DNA of 64,000 nt from Buchananella hordeovulneris (GTDB lineage: Bacteria; Actinomycetota; Actinomycetes; Actinomycetales; Actinomycetaceae). The stretch is from NCBI GenBank assembly GCA_030529545.1, contig JAUMWR010000002.1, positions 113 to 64,112 on the forward strand, read 5' to 3'. Positions 32,001 to 39,468 of this stretch are shown in pieces; the first letter of the stretch is position 1, and every line of letters starts with the position of its first letter. Both the position numbers and the translations under genes were made by a program. The notes under the pieces were generated by a model. It saw nothing but the letters and a program-made list of their open reading frames with translations, was not told the DNA's origin and did no database searches.

Positions 32001-34926
32001 CGGTCTGCTGGCTGTAAACGTTGGTAAAGCTGAGCTGAGTGTTGCCGTCCTTGGCGATCGGGATCTCCTGAACAAGCGGCTCGGTCAGGGTGTAACCCGG
32101 AATCTGTGCCGAGTCTGCCTTCTCACCCACGGTGCAGACGGTCCCGGCAGCAAACTGCCGGCCCGCCGGCACGGCAGTGCCATCGCCCCGGGCAACGATC
32201 TCTCCCTCGACTCCGCCACAGTTGTAGGTGAAGGTGTAGTAATTCGCGCTGGCGGTAGCCGGTCCGCCCTGGACCGTCTTCGCAACGGAGAAGGTGCCCT
32301 TGTGACCAGTGACCTCGTTGGTCACAACGACGTCCACCTTTTGGTCCTTCACCACCGTAACGTTGACAGAATCAGCAACGACCGGGGCGGCGTTACCTAC
32401 AGCGATCTTGGTGACCACGTCGGCGTTTGCCACGTTCTTTCCGGTCTCCGTCAACGTGCAGGTACCTACCGGCAGCCCAGTGAGGACCTTGGAGTTACCG
32501 CCAGTGAGGTTGAAGTCACCCCGGACAGGAGCCCCCTCAGCCGGGGTGCAGGTGTAGGAGAACTCGAACTCGGTCTGGGCCGCGAGAGCCGCGTCGGGAC
32601 CGGCAACTTCCTTGCGCACCTCGATAGAGCCCGCGTCCTTGGTGTACACGTTCTCGAACTCTGCAAGATTGACCTCGTTGGCCAGGATGGTGATGGTCTG
32701 CGCGGGCACGGGGGCCAGGCTGTAGCCCGGAATAATCGCGCTCACGCCTAACTCTGCCACCCGGCACTCATGTCCGACCGGAATCGCCGCGTTCACGTCG
32801 ACCGGCACGCCATTGCCCTTGACGGTGACCTCGTGAGACCTGCCGGGCTCGGCGTTAGGCTCCTGGCACTGGTAAACGAAGCGATAGTCCTTATCCGTGG
32901 CATCTACTGGTCCGCCCGTCACGCCCTTCTTGATCATGAAGGAGCCAGTCTGGCGCGTGTAGGCGTTGACGAACTCGAGGGCGGCGCCGTCCTCAGCAAT
33001 CGTCACCTGCTGCGGCTGTGGCAGGGCGGGGAGGTCGTAGTTCGGCAGTTGTGCCTGGTCCGCTACTTCCTCCACGGTGCATACGGTGCCCGGCAAGAAG
33101 GTCTCGTCAGAGATACCCTCCTCCCCGTCACCGTTGACGCGGAAGACGCCCTCGGATCCGCCGCAACTGTATGAGAACGCGAAGCGGTGGTTGGCGGCAC
33201 TGGCCGGGCCTCCCTCGACTCGCTTGATTACCTTGATCGGGTACTTGGGCACCGACCGCAAGCGGTTGGTGAGCTTGACCGCAGTGATCTTCTGGTCATT
33301 GATGGTGAAAGAGGCGCCCGGCGCACCGCCCACCTCGAAGGTGTGGGAATCCCAGACGTAACCTTCAGGCGCCTGGGCGGGAGCCGCGATCTCACGCAGC
33401 GTGACACGGGTGTTGGCCGGGAAGGTGACCGGGGCAGACGGGCCGTAGAAGGTGACCTTGCTGCCCACACGAGCACGCAGCTCTACGGTGCCCGTGACGT
33501 TGTCCTGGTTGAGGGTGCCGGGTGCTACCCAGTTCGGGTAGGTGCTTGCCGCAGCAGGCAGCGTGTAATCGGCGATAACGGGGAACTCCGCCCCGTCTGC
33601 AACCAGGGAGGCGCCGGGGCCGGCCACGAACTTGGTGACAGCGAAAGTGCCGTAACCAAGGGACATGGTTACATCAGAGGTAAAGGCCTGCGCAAAGGAG
33701 CGAGTCAGGTTCGCCTTAGCCAGGGTACCGTCCGCCACGATCTCATTGTCGTAGTTGAAGCCGGGCTTCAGCTCCGGCAGTTTCCTGCCGTCAGGAACAT
33801 CACAGGTTTCTGCGGCGCTAGAGCAAACCGAGTACTGCAGCGAGTAGTTGGCCTGCGTTGTGAAAGGACCGGTGATGGTGATGCGCGCAACCTGGCCGTC
33901 CGGGGTCATCTTGCCTAGCTCGACGTCAATAGAAAACTCGCCATCGGCCGTGGTGGTTGCCCCCGGCGCACCGGTATCCAGCAAGAGCCGCTGGGGGCCA
34001 GCAGGAGTGTTCTCGCGATAGAGGCTCCACTTTTCCGGGCCAAAGAAACGCTGGCCTGAACCTAGCTTGTCTGTGAAAGTGACGGAGTGCACCTGGGTGC
34101 CGTCGAACGCCTGGTCGTAACCCGCATCCTTCAGGTACTGGCCCAGCGTCTTGCTAGCCAACCCAAAGCCGATCGGAACGTTGTAGTTGATCTGCCGCAC
34201 GCCGGTACCGATGCCCTGAGAGCCCTTAGCAAAGCGGGAGGGAGCGAAGTTGAAGGGGTTGACCACCTTAGCCTTGATCCCACCGTTACCGGGCAGATCC
34301 ACCAGCACGGGGGAAGTTGCGCCGGTGAAGGTGAATGGGAGCGCTTCCTCCGTGGTGGCCTGGACGGCCTGGAGTTGGACGCTGACGTTTCCCTTCACGT
34401 CGCGCCAGCCACCGTCCATGAGCTCCTTGGCCTTCGCGTTGAAGGTACAGCGCACTTCCTGCGGCACTACTAGGCAGGTGCCGATTGCGGTCTCGGGAGA
34501 ACCGTCGCCATTGTGGTCGACCATCAGGGAGGGCGTGCCCAACCCACCGGCGGAGGTGATGGCCGACTTCAGCTGCGGGGGAATCGTTACCGCAAAGGAG
34601 TCCCCATCGTTGAGGGTCTGCCCCGCCTCCAGGTTCCAGGAAAAGGAGAACTTAGCCTTGTCCTCTACCGTGAGCTGGGAGTTGTCCGAGACCGGTTCAT
34701 CCCCAGCACCGAGCTTTTGGAGCTGGGTGTTGGAGAACTTGATGTGGGGATTGTCAGCGGCGCTCGCGTTGCCGGCCAGCGCCAACGTTCCCGTGAGCGC
34801 CATGGCGCCGGTCGCCACAAACGCCCAAACTCTGAGCGCGATGCCCGGGCTTTTCGCCTTGGCTGTCATGCTTTGCCTTTCGGTAGAGAGACCCGTGAAC
34901 CACTTTGGTGGCCGGGCACATTCCAT
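29029..34926 (-). CDS. Giant (1965 aa) cell-wall-anchored surface protein with an N-terminal signal peptide, a ~500-aa non-repetitive N-terminal region, about 15 tandem ~96-aa Cys-pair Ig/prealbumin-like repeats, and a C-terminal LAKTG sortase (class E, LAXTG) signal
   Basis: The N-terminus MTAKAKSPGIALRVWAFVATGAMALTGTLALAGNASA is a signal peptide. The repeat unit resembles …FTFNWTCGQESGTLTAKGDGVAVAAGQQFPTGTECTVTEDA…GYTLT.P.AQT…FTN.Y. The C-terminus KLAKTGSDAIVVGSAALALLAGGVFMLMLRRRKEQ is an LAXTG motif followed by TM and basic tail. A single uninterrupted ORF spans 5.9 kb. Confidence 0.9.
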   Translation of the reverse strand: MECARPPKWFTGLSTERQSMTAKAKSPGIALRVWAFVATGAMALTGTLALAGNASAADNPHIKFSNTQLQKLGAGDEPVSDNSQLTVEDKAKFSFSWNLEAGQTLNDGDSFAVTIPPQLKSAITSAGGLGTPSLMVDHNGDGSPETAIGTCLVVPQEVRCTFNAKAKELMDGGWRDVKGNVSVQLQAVQATTEEALPFTFTGATSPVLVDLPGNGGIKAKVVNPFNFAPSRFAKGSQGIGTGVRQINYNVPIGFGLASKTLGQYLKDAGYDQAFDGTQVHSVTFTDKLGSGQRFFGPEKWSLYRENTPAGPQRLLLDTGAPGATTTADGEFSIDVELGKMTPDGQVARITITGPFTTQANYSLQYSVCSSAAETCDVPDGRKLPELKPGFNYDNEIVADGTLAKANLTRSFAQAFTSDVTMSLGYGTFAVTKFVAGPGASLVADGAEFPVIADYTLPAAASTYPNWVAPGTLNQDNVTGTVELRARVGSKVTFYGPSAPVTFPANTRVTLREIAAPAQAPEGYVWDSHTFEVGGAPGASFTINDQKITAVKLTNRLRSVPKYPIKVIKRVEGGPASAANHRFAFSYSCGGSEGVFRVNGDGEEGISDETFLPGTVCTVEEVADQAQLPNYDLPALPQPQQVTIAEDGAALEFVNAYTRQTGSFMIKKGVTGGPVDATDKDYRFVYQCQEPNAEPGRSHEVTVKGNGVPVDVNAAIPVGHECRVAELGVSAIIPGYSLAPVPAQTITILANEVNLAEFENVYTKDAGSIEVRKEVAGPDAALAAQTEFEFSYTCTPAEGAPVRGDFNLTGGNSKVLTGLPVGTCTLTETGKNVANADVVTKIAVGNAAPVVADSVNVTVVKDQKVDVVVTNEVTGHKGTFSVAKTVQGGPATASANYYTFTYNCGGVEGEIVARGDGTAVPAGRQFAAGTVCTVGEKADSAQIPGYTLTEPLVQEIPIAKDGNTQLSFTNVYSQQTGTFHVKKTVTGIPAAAAAAKDYTFNWTCGQESGTITAKGDGAAVAAGQQFPTGTECTVTEDAAAAAVRGYELTVPAAQTFTIATGDDHEAAFANAYTVGKGDFTVQKKVSGTGADLAAGKEFNFQLTCRSVDGAETTETFKLAAGATKTFTDVPAGACAVEERDAEIANTDLRVVRTVDGAAVTTPAIGVVVEPGTSPAVVVENVYTAHVGTFTVAKSVTGVEPAGKDFTFNWTCGQENGNLTVKGDGVAVAVGKDFRAGTSCTITEDAAGAVIAGYNLSVPPAQTIAIVKGETKAVTFTNAYTRKMATFQVKKAVTGVPAAEVADKDFTFNWTCGQESGTLTAKGDGVAVAAGQQFPVGSSCSVTEDAASAAIDNYTLTAPAAQTVEIVEGAAPAEITFTNTYARKMGSFEVKKAVAGIAAAKVADKDFTFNWTCGQESGTLTAKGDGVAVAAGKQFPTGTECTVTENAATAGVLGYTLTAPVAQTFTVTEGAPKLVTVTNTYAQDKGGFTLEKKVSGTGADLAAGKQFKFNWTCLGVDGTESSGVVTVEVGKTATFSDLPVGACGLQEIETAVDNADFTAVSTVDGEAVTTEFIGVPIIKGKTTAVVVDNVYTAHVGSFQVKKTVSGGPASVAAKDFTFNWTCGGESGILTAKGDGVAVPVGKNFRVGTKCTVSEDATNASETGFTLAAPAPVEVTIVKDGPVEATFVNTYVRDLGSFTVTKTVAGTGSDLAKDKAFSFDYTCTGVDGAEKKGAFELKAGQSKTVEEVPTGKCVVTEADAAVANTDLVTAFTAAGVVTAGSKVEFDVDKGAAVVVAAANTYTAHVGSLTLAKTVKGADATGKDFKFSWTCGEASGQAMVKGDGVAVEVAKDLRVGTLCTVTEDAASAALSGYTLAPQAPQTAEIAAKDQVVAIKFENVYTKVVVPGPTATPTPAPSAGQPSVAPSAGKGGKGGKLAKTGSDAIVVGSAALALLAGGVFMLMLRRRKEQ
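30400..31400. repeat. Near-identical ~288-bp tandem DNA repeats inside the surface-protein gene (coordinates approximate)
   Basis: Antisense ORF fragments at 30608-30793 and 30875-31096 have nearly identical translations (…ATATPSPLAVRVPLSWPHVQLNVKSLSAT…), about 288 bp apart. Confidence 0.7.
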
Positions 34927-35027
34927 CGAAATATACGTGGTGTCGGGGCAAAGTTGAATAGGTTAGCCCGCCCACCGGGGCGCTGGCCGTTCTCGCTAGG
35001 TGCCTAGTTTTCCTCGGCAGTGCATGC

Positions 35028-35297
35028 CAAAGTTCTCCTGCCGCGTCGGCCCCGCCCGCGCGCCGTATGGCCCACTCCACACGATCTTGTGCTGCGGTTT
35101 TTGGCGCGCCTCTTTCTTTGACTCTGGTGGCCACCTCCACATGTTGAGCGCGCCGTGTTGCATGCATTGCCCGACGTTCTTTCCCGCCGCCCCGCTCCCA
35201 CCGATCCGCGCGCAGCTCGGCACTCGCGCGGAGTGGGCCTTTACGGTGTAGTCAACGCCTCTCGCCCCGCCCGCGCGGCACCAAATGCCGAATCTGT
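35028..35297. promoter_or_regulatory. Upstream region of the giant adhesin gene containing the inverted repeats GGCCCACTCC (35049-35058) and GGAGTGGGCC (35250-35259) around a ~190-bp segment. Each IR is adjacent to a direct copy of CCCCGCCCGCGCG (35030-35042 and 35285-35297).
   Basis: The repeats are read directly. Extended pairing CCGTATGGCCCACTCC vs GGAGTGGGCCTTTACGG. No recombinase gene is in the window. Confidence 0.5.
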
Positions 35298-35315
35298 TGG
35301 CGTTGGGGAAAACAA

Positions 35316-35343
35316 TTGGCCTGGGGGTCCACCCCCAGGCCAA
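35316..35343 (-). terminator. Second of two tandem terminator hairpins after rpmG (also insulates the adhesin promoter)
   Basis: Perfect 12-bp stem TTGGCCTGGGGG-tcca-CCCCCAGGCCAA. An outer GGCGTTGGGG/CCCAACGCC pairing is also present. The minus strand continues TTGTTTTCC. Confidence 0.55.
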
Positions 35344-35412
35344 CAATCTCACCCAACGCCAACAACTGCGGCGGTTTCACAACTCCAGCCCGACCCGGAT
35401 TTCCCTCCGCAT

Positions 35413-35454
35413 CCCGGAAAAACGACTTGGCCCCCGAGGAAAACCTCGGGGGCC
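35413..35454 (-). terminator. Intrinsic terminator of the tRNA-rpmG transcript
   Basis: The minus strand reads GGCCCCCGAGG-tttt-CCTCGGGGGCC followed by AAGTCGTTTTTCC. Confidence 0.75.
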
Positions 35455-35472
35455 ATAGTTTCGCCGAACTAC

Positions 35473-35643
35473 TCAGCGGGTCTCGCGGTGCGACGTCTTG
35501 GCGTTGCAACGCGGGCAGTACTTGTTAATCTCCAGGCGATCCGGCGTGTTACGACGGTTCTTCTTGGTGATGTAGTTGCGCTCCTTGCAGCCGCTGCAAG
35601 CCAGCGTGATCTTGGGGCGCACATCCGCGGACTTCGAAGCCAC
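35473..35643 (-). CDS. rpmG: 50S ribosomal protein L33 (56 aa, so absent from the ≥60-aa ORF track)
   Basis: The minus strand translates to (M)[55 protein letters not shown] with a GTG start. It has the C4 zinc-ribbon L33 signature. Synteny tyrT-thrT-metT-rpmG matches Mycobacterium. Confidence 0.9.
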   Translation of the reverse strand: MASKSADVRPKITLACSGCKERNYITKKNRRNTPDRLEINKYCPRCNAKTSHRETR

Positions 35644-35699
35644 GATTCCTCACTTCTTTCAAAATCCGGCCATATGGCCACTGTGGTCTACTTCAGTAG

Positions 35700-35773
35700 T
35701 AGCGAGGGCGGGGCTCGAACCCGCGACCTCACGATTATGAGTCGTGCGCTCTGACCAGCTGAGCTACCCCGCC
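35700..35773 (-). tRNA. tRNA-Met (CAU), elongator type, with no encoded CCA
   Basis: The minus strand reads GGCGGGGTAGCTCAGCTGGTCAGAGCGCACGACTCATAATCGTGAGGTCGCGGGTTCGAGCCCCGCCCTCGCTA. The anticodon loop is CTCATAA. The T-arm is GCGGG/CCCGC. The acceptor stem contains two G-U pairs. Confidence 0.85.
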
Positions 35774-35812
35774 ACGTTGAGTTACATCCTCCACTACTGG
35801 TGGCAAACTCAG

Positions 35813-35885
35813 AGCCCCGAAAGGGAATCGAACCCTTGACCTTCTCCTTACCATGGAGACGCTCTGCCGACTGAGCTATCGGGGC
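35813..35885 (-). tRNA. tRNA-Thr (GGU)
   Basis: The minus strand reads GCCCCGATAGCTCAGTCGGCAGAGCGTCTCCATGGTAAGGAGAAGGTCAAGGGTTCGATTCCCTTTCGGGGCT. The anticodon is GGT. Confidence 0.9.
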
Positions 35886-36014
35886 GGCGAGCAGAAACTT
35901 TACCGGACGTCTTTGGCATTTGCCAAATCGGAACTGTGTGGTTCCCGCCATACCCTGAACTTTCGTTCTGGGCGGGCGGACTTACGTCCGCCCACTCCGG
36001 ATTGCTCCGGAGCT

Positions 36015-36098
36015 TGGTGGCAGGTGAGGGATTCGAACCCCCGAAGCTTGCGCGACTGATTTACAGTCAGTTCCCTTTGGCCACTCGGGTAACCTGCC
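36015..36098 (-). tRNA. tRNA-Tyr (GUA), class II with a long variable arm and encoded CCA
   Basis: The minus strand reads GGCAGGTTACCCGAGTGGCCAAAGGGAACTGACTGTAAATCAGTCGCGCAAGCTTCGGGGGTTCGAATCCCTCACCTGCCACCA. Confidence 0.92.
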
Positions 36099-36264
36099 AG
36101 GCGCGGATGACTTTACAGAAGCCGGAGCGGTTTTGCCAATCCAGTTTGCCGTGAGCCGCCTCACCCGCGCCGCGCCGCGCCCGTTTTTTGGCCCAAACCC
36201 GCCAGTTTCGGGCCACAATAGTGGCTAGCATCGGCATCGCCGCCCATTCGAGTTAGGAGCTTTC

Positions 36265-36762
36265 ATGGCCTCGGATTCCTCTTTCGACATCGTCTCCAAG
36301 GTTGACCGCCAGGAGGTGGACAACGCCGTGAACCAGACGGCCAAGGAGATTTCCACTCGCTACGACTTCAAGGGAGTGGGCGCCTCGATCACGCTCGCGG
36401 GTGACACTGTGACGATGGTCGCCAACTCGGCCGAGCGCGTGAAGGCGATCGTGGACGTGCTGGAGACCAAGCTGTTCCGGCGCGGCGTTTCCCTGAAGGC
36501 CCTTGACCTGGGGGACGGCGAGCCCAAGGCCTCCGGGAAGGAGTACCGCCTGGCTGGCGCGATCCGGGAGGGTCTGACGCAGGAAGTGGCGAAGAAGATC
36601 ACGAAGGTGATCCGCGACGAGGGCCCCAAGGGCGCCAAGGCCCTCATTCAGGGCGACGAGGTGCGCGTCTCCTCCAAGTCTCGCGACGACCTGCAGGCCG
36701 TGATCGCCCTGCTCAAGCAGCAGGACTTTGACGCCGCCCTGCAGTTCGTGAACTACCGCTGA
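36265..36762 (+). CDS. yajQ: YajQ family (UPF0234) nucleotide/cyclic-di-GMP-binding protein
   Basis: The 165-aa sequence [44 protein letters not shown]… matches the YajQ family. An AGGAG RBS precedes it. Confidence 0.85.
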   Translation: MASDSSFDIVSKVDRQEVDNAVNQTAKEISTRYDFKGVGASITLAGDTVTMVANSAERVKAIVDVLETKLFRRGVSLKALDLGDGEPKASGKEYRLAGAIREGLTQEVAKKITKVIRDEGPKGAKALIQGDEVRVSSKSRDDLQAVIALLKQQDFDAALQFVNYR

Positions 36763-36767
36763 CGCGC

Positions 36768-38360
36768 CTACCGGGCTTTTGGTGGCCGACGTTGCCGCCC
36801 GCCGCCCCCTCTTGCCGCCGGCTGCGCGAGCTGACGGGCCCAAGGGGGCACACAGGCCGTCCTTACCGTGGCAATCGCCCCCTGACGGGCCCGTAGGCCC
36901 CCAGAAAGACGTTTTGGCCCGCCACCCAGCGGGTGGGGGGCCAAAACGCTTGCGGGGGGGGGGGGCGAGAGCAGCGGTCCGGCCCACACCACGCCGCGCG
37001 AGCTCGCGGTCATGGCCTCGCGGGAGACCACCTTGACGCGCTCGCGCCCGGCGGCCTCGCCCAGGTTGCGCTCGTACTCATCCAGGGTGATCCAGCCGTC
37101 GGAGGTGGTGTACTTAACGCCCCTCTCCTCCAGCCAGGGCAGGAGGGTCGCCGCTCCCCCGCGCTCCACGCCGTCGCCAGCCACCACGCCCGAGTCGACG
37201 TCGGCCAGCAGGTTGGCAATGGTCTCCTGGGCGTCGGACTTGGTGGATCCAATCAGTCCCACCGGCCCGCGCTTGATCCAGCCGGTCGCGTAGAGGCCGG
37301 CCACGTTCTGGGCTCCCTCTGCGGGACTCTCCACTACTCGGCCGCCCATGTTGGGGACCAGTCCGCGCTTGGCGTCGTACGGCACACCCTCCACCGGGGA
37401 GGAGAAGTAGCCGATCGCGCGGTAGACCTGGGAGACGGGCCAGTCGGTCATCTCGCCGGTGCCCTCGACGTTGCCGTCGCCGGTCAGGCGGGTGCGCTCG
37501 GTGCGCAGGCCCACCACGCGCCCATCCTCCCCCAGTACCTCGACCGGGGACTCAAACAGGTGGATGTGGATGCGTCGCGGCGCGGTGCGCTCCTCCGGCT
37601 CCACCATCGCGTAGTCAGTGAGGGTCTTGACCACCATCTTGGTCTGCTTAGAGCTGGCGATCGCCGCCTGCGAGCCCTCGTCGAACTCCATGTCCTCCTC
37701 ACGCACCACTACGTCCACGCCGGGCACGTGGCCCAGCTCGCGCAGCTCCAGCGGGGTGAACTTCACCTGGGCAGGGCCGCGCCGGCCAAAGACGTGGACG
37801 TCGGTGACGGTCTTGCGGCGCAGCACCTCCTCCACGTTCGCGGGGATCTCGGTGACCATGAGGTCATCGACGTGCTTGGCCAGGATGCGTGCCACGTCCA
37901 GGCCGACGTTGCCTACGCCCAGGACGGCGACGTGCTCGCCCTCAATGTTCCACTCGCGCGGGTAGTCCGGGTGGCCGTCGTACCAGGCCACAAAGTCGGC
38001 GGCGCCGTAGCAGCCCTCCAGGTCCACGCCCGGAATCTTGAGCGGGGCGTCCAGGTCGGAGCCGGTGGCGATGATGACCGCGTCGTAGTGCTCGCGCAGC
38101 TGCTCGATCGTGACGTCCTTGCCCACCTCGATGTTGCCGATCAGGTGCACCTCGCCCTTGGCGATGATGCCGTAGAGGGCGTTGATGATCTGCTTGATGC
38201 GCGGGTGGTCGGGGGCCACTCCGTAGCGCACCAGCCCGTAGGGGGCGGGCAGGCGCTCGAAGATGTCGATCTTCACGTCCCTACCGGACTTGGAGAGGAT
38301 GTCAGCCGCGTAGATGCCAGCCGGGCCGGCACCCACCACTGCTACGTTCAAAACGCTCAT
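36768..38360 (-). CDS. fprA: FAD-dependent NADPH:ferredoxin (adrenodoxin-type) reductase, FprA-like, with a ~70-aa low-complexity C-terminal extension read through a C12 homopolymer
   Basis: The N-terminus MSVLNVAVVGAGPAGIYAADIL… is an FAD Rossmann fold, with an NADP domain and …YATGWIKRGPVGLIGSTKSDAQET…. The FprA homology ends around residue 460, at the poly-C-encoded PPPP. The ORF then continues to 530 aa. Confidence 0.8.
   Translation of the reverse strand: MSVLNVAVVGAGPAGIYAADILSKSGRDVKIDIFERLPAPYGLVRYGVAPDHPRIKQIINALYGIIAKGEVHLIGNIEVGKDVTIEQLREHYDAVIIATGSDLDAPLKIPGVDLEGCYGAADFVAWYDGHPDYPREWNIEGEHVAVLGVGNVGLDVARILAKHVDDLMVTEIPANVEEVLRRKTVTDVHVFGRRGPAQVKFTPLELRELGHVPGVDVVVREEDMEFDEGSQAAIASSKQTKMVVKTLTDYAMVEPEERTAPRRIHIHLFESPVEVLGEDGRVVGLRTERTRLTGDGNVEGTGEMTDWPVSQVYRAIGYFSSPVEGVPYDAKRGLVPNMGGRVVESPAEGAQNVAGLYATGWIKRGPVGLIGSTKSDAQETIANLLADVDSGVVAGDGVERGGAATLLPWLEERGVKYTTSDGWITLDEYERNLGEAAGRERVKVVSREAMTASSRGVVWAGPLLSPPPPASVLAPHPLGGGPKRLSGGLRARQGAIATVRTACVPPWARQLAQPAARGGGGRQRRPPKAR
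36910..36965. repeat. Near-perfect 18-bp inverted repeat (36910-36948) immediately followed by a G12 homopolymer (36954-36965), inside the 3' end of the fprA ORF
   Basis: CGTTTTGGCCCGCCACCC-agc-GGGTGGGGGGCCAAAACG, then GCTTGC, then GGGGGGGGGGGG. Confidence 0.9.
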
Positions 38361-38478
38361 TGAGAGTCCTTCGCTGGGGTTTATCTGCCACGAATCTTAG
38401 CCGGGCCTAACCGGGCCAGGCCGGGGCCAGGACGTGAGTTTGCCCGGCGGCGCGAACGCCACCGGGCCACTCAACTCC

Positions 38479-39468
38479 TTAGGCGGTGCGTTCCACCGAG
38501 TAACGGGCGAACTCCCGCAGGGCGTCCACCACCTCGCCGGTGGGCAGCTCAGCTAGCTCCGCCACGGCCTCGTCGGCCCACTGCTTGGCCATCGCGGCCG
38601 TGCGGGCGGTGACCTCGTGCTCGCGCAGCGCCTTCACGACGCTCGCCAGGTGCGCGTCGTCATGCAAGTCGCTCTCCAGAGCGGCCAGGATCTTCTGCCC
38701 GTCCGCGTCGAGCGTGCCCTCGCGTTGCGCGGCGCGCAGCAGCAGGACGGGCATGGTGTCCACGCCCTCGCGCAGGTCCGTGCCCGCCACCTTGCCGGTG
38801 TCAGCGTCGGACAAATCGATCACGTCGTCGGCCAACTGGAAGGCCACGCCAACCTTGTCGCCGTAGGAGGCCAGGGCGTCGCCAAAGTGGGCAGCGCCGG
38901 ACTTCTCCGCGCCGTAGCGGGCGGCCAGCGCCACCAGGGAGCCGGTCTTGTCCGCCAGCACCTGCAGGTAGAAGTCCACCGGGTTGTGCTCGGCGCGCGG
39001 ACCGATCGTCTCGTTGAGCTGGCCGCGGCACAGACGCTCGAACGTCTCCGCGTGCTGCTTGACGGAATCCGGGCCCAGCGCGGCGGTGAGGCTGGAGGCG
39101 CGCGCAAAGAGCACGTCGCCCGCCAGGATCGCCACGGAGTTACCCCACAGGCGGTGCACCGTGGGGGCCCCGCGCCGCACGGGGGCGGCGTCCATCACGT
39201 CGTCGTGGTAGAGCGTGGCCAAGTGAGTCAGCTCCACCGCCAGTGCAGACCGCATGACCAGCTCACGGCGCGCTGGAGCGGAAAAATCGCCCAGTCGCGC
39301 CGTGAGGAGGGTCAGTGCAGGGCGCATCCGCTTCCCACCCGCTGCGCGCAGGTGACCAGTGATCTCGCCCAGAACCGCGTCGGAGTCCTTGACCAGCTCA
39401 GTGAGCCTCTCCTCCACCTCCTGAAGGTCGGCAAGGATGTCGTCACTGAAAGGGCTGGCAACTGTCAT
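38479..39468 (-). CDS. Polyprenyl diphosphate synthase (trans-isoprenyl diphosphate synthase; probable menaquinone side-chain synthase)
   Basis: Contains the first and second Asp-rich motifs (LYHDDVMD and FQLADDVIDL). The ATG at 39468 overlaps the nuoN stop (ATGA), so it is translationally coupled to the end of the nuo operon. Confidence 0.88.
   Translation of the reverse strand: MTVASPFSDDILADLQEVEERLTELVKDSDAVLGEITGHLRAAGGKRMRPALTLLTARLGDFSAPARRELVMRSALAVELTHLATLYHDDVMDAAPVRRGAPTVHRLWGNSVAILAGDVLFARASSLTAALGPDSVKQHAETFERLCRGQLNETIGPRAEHNPVDFYLQVLADKTGSLVALAARYGAEKSGAAHFGDALASYGDKVGVAFQLADDVIDLSDADTGKVAGTDLREGVDTMPVLLLRAAQREGTLDADGQKILAALESDLHDDAHLASVVKALREHEVTARTAAMAKQWADEAVAELAELPTGEVVDALREFARYSVERTA

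Noticed and set aside
35049-35259. Insertion sequence or transposon bounded by inverted repeats
   Set aside because: The enclosed segment is only ~190 bp with no ORF and no target-site duplication. It is better explained as a regulatory or invertible promoter region.
36099-36264. Additional tRNA between tRNA-Tyr and yajQ
   Set aside because: No cloverleaf-compatible sequence was found there. The GGGCGGAC-TTAC-GTCCGCCC hairpin near 35975-36000 lies between tRNA-Thr and tRNA-Tyr and is just a stem-loop, probably a processing or terminator element.
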